Shown here piece after piece: positions 10,016-19,986 of a stretch of DNA of 46,188 nucleotides. The first letter of the stretch is position 1. Each line of letters opens with the position of its first letter. Under the pieces are notes generated by a model. The model searched no databases, was not told the DNA's origin, and saw only the letters and a list, made by a program, of their open reading frames with translations. Source of the stretch: Puniceicoccales bacterium (lineage in GTDB: Bacteria > Verrucomicrobiota > Verrucomicrobiia > Opitutales > JAIRKQ01); assembly GCA_031283685.1 (NCBI GenBank), contig JAITBI010000004.1:1-46188 (forward strand), given 5' to 3'. A program made the translations under genes and the position numbers.

Positions 10016-10477
10016 ATGAAATGCCCGAAGTGCGGACATTTATATTCAAAAGTTACCGATACCCGTATTACTGCGGATGCCACTTCCATCCGTCGCCGGC
10101 GTGTATGCCTAAAATGTGACCATAGATTTTTTACGAATGAAATTTCGTGCGTCGAATACCCAATTGTTATTAAACGGGACAATCGAAAGGAAGAGTTTGA
10201 CGGAGAAAAAATCAGAGCTGGACTAATGAAAGCGTTTAAAAAGCGAAGCGGAATTAAGGAAAAAGTTAATGATATCGTCAGTGGAGTTTTGGCAGAAATT
10301 ATTTCGAAATACCCGGAAAAAGTCCCATCGGAGAAAATTGGAGATATGATAATGGATCGACTAAGGAACAGCGAACCGGTTGCCTATCTGCGTTTCGCCA
10401 GCGTATATAAAAATTTCGAAACGGCTAAAGACTTTGCATTAGAATTTGAGCAACTATTGCTAGACCTTCCCAAGTAG
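10016..10477 (+). CDS. nrdR: transcriptional repressor NrdR
   Basis: MKCPKCGH...VTDTR...IRRRRVCLKCDHRFFTNE zinc ribbon followed by an ATP-cone. The true start is the ATG at 10016; the 18-codon extension in the track is unlikely. Confidence 0.9.
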   Translation: MKCPKCGHLYSKVTDTRITADATSIRRRRVCLKCDHRFFTNEISCVEYPIVIKRDNRKEEFDGEKIRAGLMKAFKKRSGIKEKVNDIVSGVLAEIISKYPEKVPSEKIGDMIMDRLRNSEPVAYLRFASVYKNFETAKDFALEFEQLLLDLPK

Positions 10478-10619
10478 GAAGTCAAATAAGGAATCAAAAT
10501 GTTAGGATCACATTTCTGCTACGAAATTTTTAAACTTTTGACGTAAATGATTGACATTTTCGCATAAAAGAACATACCGCATGTTTGCGGCTTGGGAAGA
10601 GGATACGTGAATAAAAAAT

Positions 10620-11945
10620 ATGAACAATGAGATAAGCCATGAGATGATAAAACGCTTTGGGGTGTTGATAGAGAAAAAGGTCTGTGGGGAAGAGCTGACA
10701 GATAATGAAATACGAGAAATAACAAATGCCATAATTATTAAAAGAATTCCCGATTTCCAGTTGTCGGCTTTTTTGATGGCGGTGTACTTCCAAAATATGA
10801 GTATCCAAGAGGCTTCAACATGGGCGGAAGAATTGATGTTATCCGGAGATATCATCGATATTGGAATGATTTCTGGTCCCAAAGTTGATAGGTGTTCCAC
10901 GGGAGGAGTGGGAGACAAATCGGCTTTTGTGTTGATGGCAATAGCTGCCTGTTGTGGAATAGCAGTCCCAACTTTGGTCGATAGCTATGATGGGTTGGTC
11001 ATTTCTGACCTAGATAAAATGTCATCTATTCCCGGTTTTGACTATAAATTTGACACTAAAAAGTTTCAAAAACAGCTTAAAAAAATAGGATGCTGCTATT
11101 ATCAACAACCAGAAAATATTGCGCCTGTGGATGTGACCCTTGATAAAGTTAGGCGTTTAATTGGCACAATTTCTAGTGTTCCACTGGTGACAGGAAGTAT
11201 TTTGGGGAGCAAATTGTCTTCTGGAGTAGATGGTGTTGTTGTCGATGTTAAATGGGGCAATGGTTCTTTCGTAAAGGATATGGAGCAAGCCAAACAGCTC
11301 GGAAGAATGATCACACGCGTTGCTCGGGCTTTGAATAAAAAATGCATTGCGATCGTAACAGATGCCAATCAACCCCTTGGGAAAACGGTAGGAACTTGGT
11401 TGGAAATTAAAGAAACCATCGAGTTATTACAAGGACAAGGCGATGTAGAAATGCAGGATTTAATCCTGCGAGTTGGCATGGAATTCATTAGATTGGCAGG
11501 AGTTGCAGGATCTACATTGTCGGCCAAACAATTGATCATTAAAAAACTTTCCGATGGATCAGCTTTAAATAAATTCAAAGAATTGATAGCAGAACAAGGA
11601 GGAGATACATCATATATCGATGATCCGGAAAAGTATCCACAGGCCAAATATTCGCGGAAACTAGCGGCACAAAAACGGGGCTACATACATACGGTGAATG
11701 CTGGCATGATTGCACGGGGAGTAAGCATTTTATCCAAAAAACCCGATGGGACGATAGATCACATGGTTGGAGTGTCCGATATAATGAAAGTTGGCATGCA
11801 AATTAAGCAAGGAGAGCCACTCATAATGATTCACTATAATGATGAAACAAATCTTGAATCTGCTCTAGAGTACTTTAGAGATGCGTATAGACTTGCTCCA
11901 AAAAGACCGGCATTAAACGAGTTAATTGTTGAACGCATTGCGTAA
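10620..11945 (+). CDS. pyrimidine-nucleoside (thymidine) phosphorylase
   Basis: Family motif CSTGGVGDK, N-terminal helical domain (LTDNEIREITNAII...DFQLSAFLMAV). 441 aa is typical of DeoA/Pdp. Confidence 0.85.
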   Translation: MNNEISHEMIKRFGVLIEKKVCGEELTDNEIREITNAIIIKRIPDFQLSAFLMAVYFQNMSIQEASTWAEELMLSGDIIDIGMISGPKVDRCSTGGVGDKSAFVLMAIAACCGIAVPTLVDSYDGLVISDLDKMSSIPGFDYKFDTKKFQKQLKKIGCCYYQQPENIAPVDVTLDKVRRLIGTISSVPLVTGSILGSKLSSGVDGVVVDVKWGNGSFVKDMEQAKQLGRMITRVARALNKKCIAIVTDANQPLGKTVGTWLEIKETIELLQGQGDVEMQDLILRVGMEFIRLAGVAGSTLSAKQLIIKKLSDGSALNKFKELIAEQGGDTSYIDDPEKYPQAKYSRKLAAQKRGYIHTVNAGMIARGVSILSKKPDGTIDHMVGVSDIMKVGMQIKQGEPLIMIHYNDETNLESALEYFRDAYRLAPKRPALNELIVERIA

Positions 11946-11959
11946 TATATAAAATTCAT

Positions 11960-13567
11960 ATGAAAAATACATGGCTATTTCTTGTAATCTCTCTATGCGT
12001 ACTCGTTGGATGTAAAAAAAAGGAAGTAGATACTGTCCAACAAAATTTAAGGATATCTTCTCCGAATGAACTGCTAAATGCGGATCCACAACAGATATAT
12101 GGTAGCAATGACCGCAAGATTATGCAGGCTGTTTTCGAAGGTTTGATTGTGCCGGATCCTGAAACAATGAAACCGCTACCTGGTGTGGCAGAACGGTGGA
12201 GCGTGTCACCTGATAAAAAAGTATACGAATTCTTCCTAAGGGACGATGCCATATGGTCCGATGGAACTCCTGTTACGGCAGGAGATTTTGTCTATGCTGC
12301 CAAACGAGCGTTATCATCCAAATTCGCCTGCGCGGCTGTGGATGTATTTTTCCCTATTCTCAATGCTAAGGCATTTTTCGATAGGAAAATTCGCAACTTT
12401 TCCATGGTTGGGGTACGTGCAATAAGTTCTCGAACGTTGATAATTGAACTAGAAAAGGGCGATCCATATTTTCTAACAACCCTGATGCATCAATGCTGGT
12501 TCCCGTTAAATGATAAGGTTGTTGCATCCTTAGAAGAATATACGCGTCCTTTGTACGACTTCTCCAATGCTTTTAAATTAAAAATCATCTCCAATGGCCC
12601 ATTTACTTTTTCAGAGAGGAGGCCAGGGGTAAGTTTGTTGTTGGAAAAAAATCCTAAATATTGGGATGCGGACAATGTACTGCTGTCATCGGTGACATTT
12701 TTTGTAAAAAACAATCAAACCGTGGCCATAAAAGATTTTTTAGAGGGGCAAGTAGATATCGTTGAACTTCAACGGGACGATGAAAGTTCAATTGGAGATT
12801 GTTTGCGAGACAAAGAATTGATGCTATCCCCAGCATTCGAGTGTCTTAGCCTCGTATTTAATGCTACAAATCCTGTTTTCCAAAACAAAAATATTAGGCT
12901 TGCCATGGCTCTGGCCATTGACCGAGAAAAGTTGTTGGCCAAAATAGGGAAAAATAAAGTTCTTGCAGCCTATGGTTTTATCCCGCCCTATGATAGCAAA
13001 TACGATAGTTCACCGCTGTTCAAGCAAGATATTCAGTTGGCACGTAAGCTGTTTGAAGAGGCAGGCTATAATTCTACGGCAAAATTTCCACCCGTAAAGA
13101 TATTGTGCGACACCTTGGAGACCGGATTATATGCCATAATCTTGGAACAGATTAGGGAAGATTGGAAAAATGTTCTAGGGGTGGATACTTTCGTAGATAA
13201 TAAAGGTGTTGACTCCTTTTTTGCCCATAGAAAAAAAGCAACCTTTGATATGATCAAAGTTTCGTTTGGAGGTTTATATTACAACCCTGCGTTTATCATG
13301 CACATTTTTACCTCCAAAGATCCCCATAACTATGGCAAATGGTCAGACCCAACCTACGATGAAATGTTCAAGCGGATCGAAAAAACCACCAACAAGAAAA
13401 AACTGAGAAGATTAATAAGGGAGGCGGAGTTGTACCTAATCGATAAGATGCCAGCCATTCCGTTGGTTTTTAATTCCCATTCATTTTTGGTAAGAAAACG
13501 CATAGGAGGGTGGTTTCCCAATCCAATGAATATGCATCCACTTAAGTTTGTTTATTTTGCCTATTGA
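11960..13567 (+). CDS. ABC transporter substrate-binding lipoprotein, family 5 (peptide/nickel, OppA/DppA-like)
   Basis: Lipobox LVGC after a signal peptide. Family-5 pattern (EGLIVPDPETMKPLPGVAERWSVSPDKKVYEFFLRDDAIWSDGTPVTAGDF). 535 aa. No permease or ATPase genes adjacent. Confidence 0.8.
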   Translation: MKNTWLFLVISLCVLVGCKKKEVDTVQQNLRISSPNELLNADPQQIYGSNDRKIMQAVFEGLIVPDPETMKPLPGVAERWSVSPDKKVYEFFLRDDAIWSDGTPVTAGDFVYAAKRALSSKFACAAVDVFFPILNAKAFFDRKIRNFSMVGVRAISSRTLIIELEKGDPYFLTTLMHQCWFPLNDKVVASLEEYTRPLYDFSNAFKLKIISNGPFTFSERRPGVSLLLEKNPKYWDADNVLLSSVTFFVKNNQTVAIKDFLEGQVDIVELQRDDESSIGDCLRDKELMLSPAFECLSLVFNATNPVFQNKNIRLAMALAIDREKLLAKIGKNKVLAAYGFIPPYDSKYDSSPLFKQDIQLARKLFEEAGYNSTAKFPPVKILCDTLETGLYAIILEQIREDWKNVLGVDTFVDNKGVDSFFAHRKKATFDMIKVSFGGLYYNPAFIMHIFTSKDPHNYGKWSDPTYDEMFKRIEKTTNKKKLRRLIREAELYLIDKMPAIPLVFNSHSFLVRKRIGGWFPNPMNMHPLKFVYFAY

Positions 13568-14092
13568 AATATTTTCAGCCATTCCGTTGGTTTTTGTCAT
13601 ATATTCTGCCATTTTTTCCATAAAATAGTCGCATTCGTAGCCATACTGTGCGGTTAGTGAGAGTCCTGTAAAAGCATTCGTTGCCGGGAAATTCGAAGAA
13701 GACATAAAGCAAATATTATTGTTCGGTTGTGTTTTTTTTGCAATTTGTTCAACCAAAGAATCATCTTCATACATTATCGTGAACAAACAATCATCGCTAA
13801 TAGTAGCGTCCATCTGTTTCAAAGCGTCTAGTATTGCATCGATGGCAAAATTTAGGTTGGTGAAATTTGGCAAACACCTCTCATAAACTTTGGCGAAGGG
13901 GAAACTTCCTTCGAAGGATACTTTTTCATCCACCAATAAAAGTATGGCATCAAATTTTCCCATAAGATATATTTCATGAATAGCAAGGCTTGTATTTTGA
14001 TCAATTGATCCATCCACATTCGGCAATAAAACAGGTGAAACGACTAAAATATTCATAGTTGGGATACCTACGTTAAACGGGTAATCAGACAA
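13481..14092 (-). CDS. hypothetical protein
   Basis: 203-aa ORF with alternating beta/alpha-like pattern (MNILVVSP, AILLLVDE, CLFTIMYEDD, ICFMSSS). No family recognised. Its 3' end overlaps the convergent SBP gene by 87 nt. Confidence 0.45.
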   Translation of the reverse strand: MSDYPFNVGIPTMNILVVSPVLLPNVDGSIDQNTSLAIHEIYLMGKFDAILLLVDEKVSFEGSFPFAKVYERCLPNFTNLNFAIDAILDALKQMDATISDDCLFTIMYEDDSLVEQIAKKTQPNNNICFMSSSNFPATNAFTGLSLTAQYGYECDYFMEKMAEYMTKTNGMAENISIGKINKLKWMHIHWIGKPPSYAFSYQK

Positions 14093-14118
14093 GAATTTTT
14101 TGCGAACAACAATTTGTT

Positions 14119-16107
14119 TTGCATATGTGGAAAATTTTTGTACGCTTACCCTTGATGAGAATGGGATTAAAAAGGGTTGGGTTTTATATATTGGTCTTGG
14201 TGGCTACTTTGTCATTACCCGCCGAATCTTCCTTGAATACCATTGGAGAATTGCAGCGAAAAATATTCATCCAATCCACCAAATTTGATTCCGCTAATTC
14301 AGTACCAGAAAAGACAGCGGAAACAAATTTAACGGACGATAGGATACTCCCTGTAGTTAAATCGAGGAGAAAAAAGGTTAATACCATGTTTTCAGATGAT
14401 GAAAATACCATTCGACAGGCCACTCGACAGAAGTTACTAAAAGAAATTGAGGCAAATTGGCAAACGCCTACCCCGAAAAGTCCGATTTTGGACAGCTATT
14501 TGGCCACTGATTTGCATACAAATGCGCTCTTTGAGAGAGCAAATAGAATTATCATTCCCCGAGTAAGGTTTATAAACACCCCTCTGTCACGGGCAATTGA
14601 ATCCTTGGCTAATCTGGCAGAGGCCAATGATCCTTCTTCCGATAATAATGAAAAGGGAATGAACATTGTATTGCTTGGAATGGAAAGTGTAGAAAAGGAA
14701 CCGGTGGTAAATTTGAATTTGAAAAATATTTCTTTTTGCCGCTTGGTTGAATTGATTGCACAATCTGTTTCCTATCAATTTGATATCACCCAAGATGCGA
14801 TCATTATTTATAAATACGACGTAACCGAAAGCATATTAGATACACAATTTTTTCCCATATCTCGGGCAACTTTGGTCCGGTTAACAGGAATTCAAGGCAT
14901 AAATCATCACATGTACAATTCCCCAGACTCCCCGGAAAATATTGCCGACGAAGAACATGCCATAAAAGAATTTTTTCAACGGGCAGGAGTAGATTTTAAA
15001 AACATTACCGGTAGTAATTTAGCGTTCGATGGTTCCCAGATAATAGTTACCAATACGAGAAGGAATTTAAGAAAAATTAGTAACATACTTCAAAAATACT
15101 CCGAGGTTAAACAGGTCGAAATTGAGACGAAGTTCCTGGAAGTTCAGCAGGGTGTGCTCGATGAATTGGGCTTTCGTTGGCAATTTGGAAGCAAAAATGA
15201 TGACAATAAAATGTTTTTTCAAACCGGTAAAACCGTTGATAATGTACAGCGTGATAATCTGCGCACGCTAGTAGAAACATTTGCATCTACAAATTTTTCA
15301 AGAGGGGATGGCAAAATAGTTGAAGCTAATCCAGATATCAGTCCCATTACTTTACCGAATCAACCACCTGGACTCCCAGGGCAAATAAACCTGGGTGCAT
15401 CGGCCACACCACTGACGAGTTTCACCGGTGTATTAAATAGTCTACAGTGTAACGTTATGATTCAGGCACTGGAACAACACGCTGGATCAGATCTTATGAG
15501 CGCTCCAAAACTGACGGTGCTTTCTGGGAAAACGGCAGAAATTGTCATAGCCATGGAATTACGCTATCCTCAGAGCTATGGAGATACACGTTCCGAAGTT
15601 GGTACGGGATATTCCGGGTTGGGTGCGTCGAGTTCCGCTGGGGTGACGATAACGGCTGGTACACCACAAAATTTTACTACGCGCAACGTTGGTGTAGAAA
15701 TGAGTGTGACTCCCACCGTAGAAGTGGATGGAAGTATCAGTTTGCAACTTGAGCCAAAGGTTACCGAATTCGAAGGGTTTGTTGAATATGGTGGAGTAAA
15801 TGTCGCCGTAGCGTCGGGTAGTACGGTTACCATCCCTTCTGGATTTTACCAGCCGATATTTTCAACGCGAGAAATCCACACAGAAGTTAATGTTTTCGAC
15901 GGAGCAACCGTTGTTATGGGCGGTCTAACCCGCGAAGAAGTAAAAGAGGTAAATGATAAAGTCCCCATCCTAGGCAACATTCCCTTGCTCGGTAAATTGT
16001 TCAGATCGAAAAGTGAAACCGTCCAGAAACGAAACCTGTTGATTTTTGTTACTGCCCATACCATCTCCCCCTTGGGAAACAAAAAATTATTGCCCAATGT
16101 GGAATAA
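14119..16107 (+). CDS. secretin-family outer-membrane protein (type II / type IV pilus GspD/PilQ-like, PVC type)
   Basis: Signal peptide (MRMGLKRVGFYILVLVATLSLPA). N-terminal IIPRVRFINTPLSRAIESLANLA...GMNIVLL module. Secretin core IETKFLEVQQGVLDELGFRW and C-terminal VPILGNIPLLGKLFRSKSETVQKRNLLIFVTAH. The start could instead be 14155 or 14161. Confidence 0.8.
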   Translation: MHMWKIFVRLPLMRMGLKRVGFYILVLVATLSLPAESSLNTIGELQRKIFIQSTKFDSANSVPEKTAETNLTDDRILPVVKSRRKKVNTMFSDDENTIRQATRQKLLKEIEANWQTPTPKSPILDSYLATDLHTNALFERANRIIIPRVRFINTPLSRAIESLANLAEANDPSSDNNEKGMNIVLLGMESVEKEPVVNLNLKNISFCRLVELIAQSVSYQFDITQDAIIIYKYDVTESILDTQFFPISRATLVRLTGIQGINHHMYNSPDSPENIADEEHAIKEFFQRAGVDFKNITGSNLAFDGSQIIVTNTRRNLRKISNILQKYSEVKQVEIETKFLEVQQGVLDELGFRWQFGSKNDDNKMFFQTGKTVDNVQRDNLRTLVETFASTNFSRGDGKIVEANPDISPITLPNQPPGLPGQINLGASATPLTSFTGVLNSLQCNVMIQALEQHAGSDLMSAPKLTVLSGKTAEIVIAMELRYPQSYGDTRSEVGTGYSGLGASSSAGVTITAGTPQNFTTRNVGVEMSVTPTVEVDGSISLQLEPKVTEFEGFVEYGGVNVAVASGSTVTIPSGFYQPIFSTREIHTEVNVFDGATVVMGGLTREEVKEVNDKVPILGNIPLLGKLFRSKSETVQKRNLLIFVTAHTISPLGNKKLLPNVE

Positions 16108-16302
16108 TTCCCGATAGTTCCGATCCAAAGCTCAAAGTGACATTTTGACGGACGATTCTATCAAAAGAGTCCACCATTCTGGCGACTTTTAGAATAGTGA
16201 TTGGTGACAAAAAATCTCCAAACAATATCTTTTTTTGAAAGTTTTGCAGTAATGGAACAATACACTTGACTTGGAATGGTAATTGTGAAATTTGACACAC
16301 GT

Positions 16303-17823
16303 ATGTTATCCACAGTTCAGTCTTGTGCATTGCGAGGTATTGACGCTGTTAATATCGCCGTTGAGGTCAATTCCGGTGAGCGAGGAGATTTAAAATTTAT
16401 AATCGTTGGGTTGCCTGATATGGCCATAAAAGAATCCTGTGACAGGATATTTTCTGCACTTGTGAACAGCGGATATGCCATTCCCCACACCAGAACGACC
16501 GTAAATCTAGCACCCTCCTACATCAAGAAAGAAGGATCTTTCTACGACCTACCCATTGCTCTCGGTGTAATTCAGAGCACGGGGCAATCTTACCTCCATA
16601 ATTTAAGTGACTTCATAGTCGCTGGAGAACTGGGATTATCCGGCAAAATTCGAGAAATCAAAGGCGGCCTAACCTTTGCCATAAAAGCCAAAAAAGAGAG
16701 GAAAAAGCTGCTATTGCCCGTGGAGGCTGCCCAGGAGGCATCATTTGTCGACGGTGTGGAAATTTTCGCAGTGAGTAATCTAAACGAAGCGGTCAAATTT
16801 TTGACTGGTCAGATAAAATTAGATCTCCTGGAACATAGAAACTTTCTTGGCCTAATAAAAAATAAGGATCACCTAGACTTTTCCGAAGTAAAAGGCCAAG
16901 AAAGTTTACGTAGGGCCGTAGAAATAGCCGTTGCTGGAGCCCATAATATTCTAATGATTGGACCTCCCGGTGCTGGAAAATCGATGATTGCCAGACGTAT
17001 ACCGAGCATAATGTCCACGCCTACCTTCGATGAATTTTTGGAAACGATGAGTATTTATTCAGCAGCGGGATTACTTATGACAGAAAAAAATGCCCATTTC
17101 GAGCGTCCATTCCGGTCTCCTCACCATACGATTAGTAATGCAGGTTTACTTGGAGGGGGCAGCATTCCATGCCCAGGAGAGATTTCACTGGCCCACAACG
17201 GAGTATTGTTTTTGGATGAACTATCGGAATTTCGCCGCACAACCCTAGAGTCTTTGCGTCAACCATTGGAAGATGGTAATGTGACGATTTCCAGGAGTTC
17301 CGGAAAGGTAAAATTTCCATGCCGAACGATGATTGTTGGGGCAATGAATCCATGTCCATGTGGATATTTGGGGGACAAAACGCGCAGGTGCAAATGTAAC
17401 CATTTAGATATTCAGCGGTACAGATCCCGCATTAGTGGGCCGATGATGGATAGATTTGACATACAGATAAACGTTCCTGCCGTTCCGATTGAAGATATTC
17501 AGTCGAAAAGCTTTTCCGAATCGTCCACAGACATACGGGTTCGCGTAGAAAAAGCATCAAAAATTCAAATGGAACGCTTCAAATTTTCGAAAAATGGACG
17601 CAATGCTCATATGTCCCATGGCGAAGTGGTAGAATTTTGCAGGGTAAATGAGGAATCATCCGATCTGTTGGCGACGGCTATGAAACAACTGGGCCTCTCC
17701 GCCAGGGCCTACGATAAAATTTTAAAAGTTAGTCGCACAATTGCAGATTTGGAATATGAAGAAAAAATTTTACCGCATCACATTTTAGAATCCATTCAGT
17801 ATCGTTCCTTGGAGAGATCATAG
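16303..17823 (+). CDS. comM: YifB/ComM family Mg-chelatase-like ATPase
   Basis: [23 protein letters not shown]-terminus, Lon-protease-like domain, Walker [28 protein letters not shown] zinc motif. ATG at 16303 preferred over 16276. Confidence 0.85.
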   Translation: MLSTVQSCALRGIDAVNIAVEVNSGERGDLKFIIVGLPDMAIKESCDRIFSALVNSGYAIPHTRTTVNLAPSYIKKEGSFYDLPIALGVIQSTGQSYLHNLSDFIVAGELGLSGKIREIKGGLTFAIKAKKERKKLLLPVEAAQEASFVDGVEIFAVSNLNEAVKFLTGQIKLDLLEHRNFLGLIKNKDHLDFSEVKGQESLRRAVEIAVAGAHNILMIGPPGAGKSMIARRIPSIMSTPTFDEFLETMSIYSAAGLLMTEKNAHFERPFRSPHHTISNAGLLGGGSIPCPGEISLAHNGVLFLDELSEFRRTTLESLRQPLEDGNVTISRSSGKVKFPCRTMIVGAMNPCPCGYLGDKTRRCKCNHLDIQRYRSRISGPMMDRFDIQINVPAVPIEDIQSKSFSESSTDIRVRVEKASKIQMERFKFSKNGRNAHMSHGEVVEFCRVNEESSDLLATAMKQLGLSARAYDKILKVSRTIADLEYEEKILPHHILESIQYRSLERS

Positions 17824-17932
17824 ATAAAATGATTCAAAAAGCATCGATTCATCCCCAGAAAAATGATATAATTGTCAAGGTGCGAGAAACAGAAAAGGTA
17901 AATACCTGTTTTATTTATGCAAAAAACAAAAA

Positions 17933-18097
17933 TTTATGCAAAAAGTAAAAAGGCTTGTCGCTTCTTGAATAAGGATTATATAATGGCATCATCATGTGTA
18001 AAAAGAATATCATTTTGACAATATTTCTTTTGTCTGCCCTGTGTGCGGTTTCAATTTCTTTTCATTTAAATCATAGAAGGTTGAAAAAGGAAGTTTT
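17933..18097 (+). repeat. copy 1 of a ~165-bp direct repeat (promoter + 5' end of the methyltransferase gene)
   Basis: tttatgcaaaaagtaaaaaggcttgtcgcttcttgaataaggattatataatggcatcatcatgtgtaaaaagaata... recurs 1027 bp downstream with about ten mismatches by eye. Confidence 0.85.
17955..17984 (+). promoter_or_regulatory. putative sigma70 promoter (TTGTCG-18 nt-TATAAT) 9 nt upstream of the ATG
   Basis: TTGTCG at 17955-17960 and perfect TATAAT at 17979-17984. The ATG is at 17994 and no Shine-Dalgarno lies between, which implies a leaderless or near-leaderless mRNA. Confidence 0.4.
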
Positions 18098-18851
18098 AGG
18101 CTTAAACAAAGAAATTGCTACGAAAAATTACTCAAGGGAGATTATAAATAGTCCACGATCGATCGCGAGAAAGCCAGTGTTTGTTTCGTATGCACAAGTT
18201 TTTGAAGACATAATCTTATATGACGTTTTGGGTGATGTTAAAGATGGTTTCTACATTGATGTCGGGGCTAATCACCCCATTATAGACTCTGTGACAAAGT
18301 TTTTTTATGAGGAAGGATATCGTGGGATAAACATCGAGCCCCTTCTGCACGAATATGATATGCTTAAACAAGATAGGCCGCGTGATATTAATTTATGTGT
18401 TTGTGCTGGGTCAAAAAGCGGGGAACTGGAACTTTACGAAAGAGGTGGACTTTCCACGCTAGATGTAAATATTGCCAACAAATGGGATAAAGTTCCTTTA
18501 CCAAGAAAAGTCGAAGTTGTTCCACTCTCATGGATTTGTAAGGAATATTGTCCAAAGGGACAGGAAATTCAGTTTTGTAAAATAGATGTGGAAGGGTTTG
18601 AAAGAGAAGTTCTTTTAGGGTTTGATTTTCAAAACTTTAGACCAAAAATATTTCTCATAGAGGCTACAGAACCATGCACGATGATTCCAACCGAACAAAA
18701 ATGGGAAGAAATTTTGCTGAATAATGGATATGAATTTGCCTATCAATATGGTGTAAATCGATACTACGTCGATAGTAAGTTTCCTGACCTAAAAGAAAAA
18801 TTTGTCGGAATGGGAAAAATAATGGATAAGTATATTATCGTGAAATGGTAA
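17994..18851 (+). CDS. FkbM-family methyltransferase with N-terminal signal anchor
   Basis: N-terminal hydrophobic helix ILTIFLLSALCAVSISF. SAM-binding region FYIDVGANHP...GINIEP and KIDVEGFEREVLLG motif, typical of the FkbM family. Confidence 0.75.
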   Translation: MCKKNIILTIFLLSALCAVSISFHLNHRRLKKEVLGLNKEIATKNYSREIINSPRSIARKPVFVSYAQVFEDIILYDVLGDVKDGFYIDVGANHPIIDSVTKFFYEEGYRGINIEPLLHEYDMLKQDRPRDINLCVCAGSKSGELELYERGGLSTLDVNIANKWDKVPLPRKVEVVPLSWICKEYCPKGQEIQFCKIDVEGFEREVLLGFDFQNFRPKIFLIEATEPCTMIPTEQKWEEILLNNGYEFAYQYGVNRYYVDSKFPDLKEKFVGMGKIMDKYIIVKW

Positions 18852-18959
18852 TTTTTTTGAGTTTAGAGCTGTGTATGGCTGTATTTTTGTTTACCAAAAA
18901 ATGCATACTGAAGCTTACCTAAATCGATGGAAATTCCATAATTATAGGAAATGAATTTT

Positions 18960-19124
18960 TTTATGCAAAAAGTAAAAAGGCTTGTCGCTTCTTGAATAAG
19001 GATTATATAATGGCATCATCATGTGTAAAAAGAATACCGTCTTGACAATATTCCTTCTGTCTGCCTTGTGTGCGGTTTCAATTTCTTTTCATTTAAATCA
19101 TAAAAAATTGAAAAAGGAAGTTTT
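18960..19124 (+). repeat. copy 2 of the ~165-bp direct repeat
   Basis: Same sequence as 17933-18097, offset 1027 bp. Contains the same TTGTCG (18982-18987) and TATAAT (19006-19011) and the first ~35 codons. Confidence 0.85.
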
Positions 19125-19892
19125 CAACTTAAGGAGAAATAGCTTTTTCTTTGGAAAACGTGCATTAACTATAATGAAATATTTCGCACCGAAAGACGTC
19201 GTTGATAAAAATCTCGTTCGAATTGGTTGTGACCATGATGGGGGGTATATTATGGTAGATGACTTTGGCAAGTGTGATGCCGCCTATAGCTTCGGAATTG
19301 GCAATGACGTTTCATGGGATCTTGATATCGCGAAAAGAGGAATTGACGTATTTATGTATGACCCACAATAGAAAAATTACCATCGAAAAATGAGCATTTT
19401 TCATTTTTCAAAACTGGAATTTGTGGTGCATCCGGCGAAGATGCGAATTTAAAAACGTTTGAAGAAATTTTAACCGCAAATGGCCATATGACTAACAAGA
19501 ACCTTATCTTAAAAATTGACGTCGAAGGGGCAGAATGGGAGGTTTTTAGCAAAACATCAGGCGAAATTATAGAAAATTTTGCACAAATAGTAGTTGAATT
19601 TCACAGTGTAGATGATGTTTACGATGAAAATAAATTCAACGCCATGCTAAATGTACTTGAAAAATTAAACACAACACATCAGATAGTACATGTTCATGCC
19701 GTTAACTATGGCACTTTTGTCATAATTGGAGGAGTTCCATTGCCTAACGTATTCGAAGTTACCTATTTGCGCAAAAAAGACAATCAATTTGTCTCTAGTC
19801 ATAAATGTTATCCGATACAGGGCTTGGACATGCCAAATAATCCCAATGCAGCAGATTTTTTCCTAGGCTTTTATGGTATGTTTACGAATTGA
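19021..19892 (+). pseudogene. second membrane-anchored FkbM-type methyltransferase, interrupted by a -1 frameshift near 19360-19371
   Basis: Frame A ends ...GIDVFMYDPQ-TAG at 19369-19371. Frame B is open from 19362 (PTIEKLPSKNEHFSFFKTGICGASGEDANLKTFEEILTANGHMTNKNLILKIDVEGAEWEV...). Joined, the two give one continuous FkbM-like protein of about 290 aa. Confidence 0.65.
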
Positions 19893-19986
19893 TAGAATTA
19901 ACCCAAATTAAATCGTAACAAAATTATTGGGATCGAAACATATCATAATTGACTATTAGACCTTTTCGGTTACGGTTCCCGAAAGT

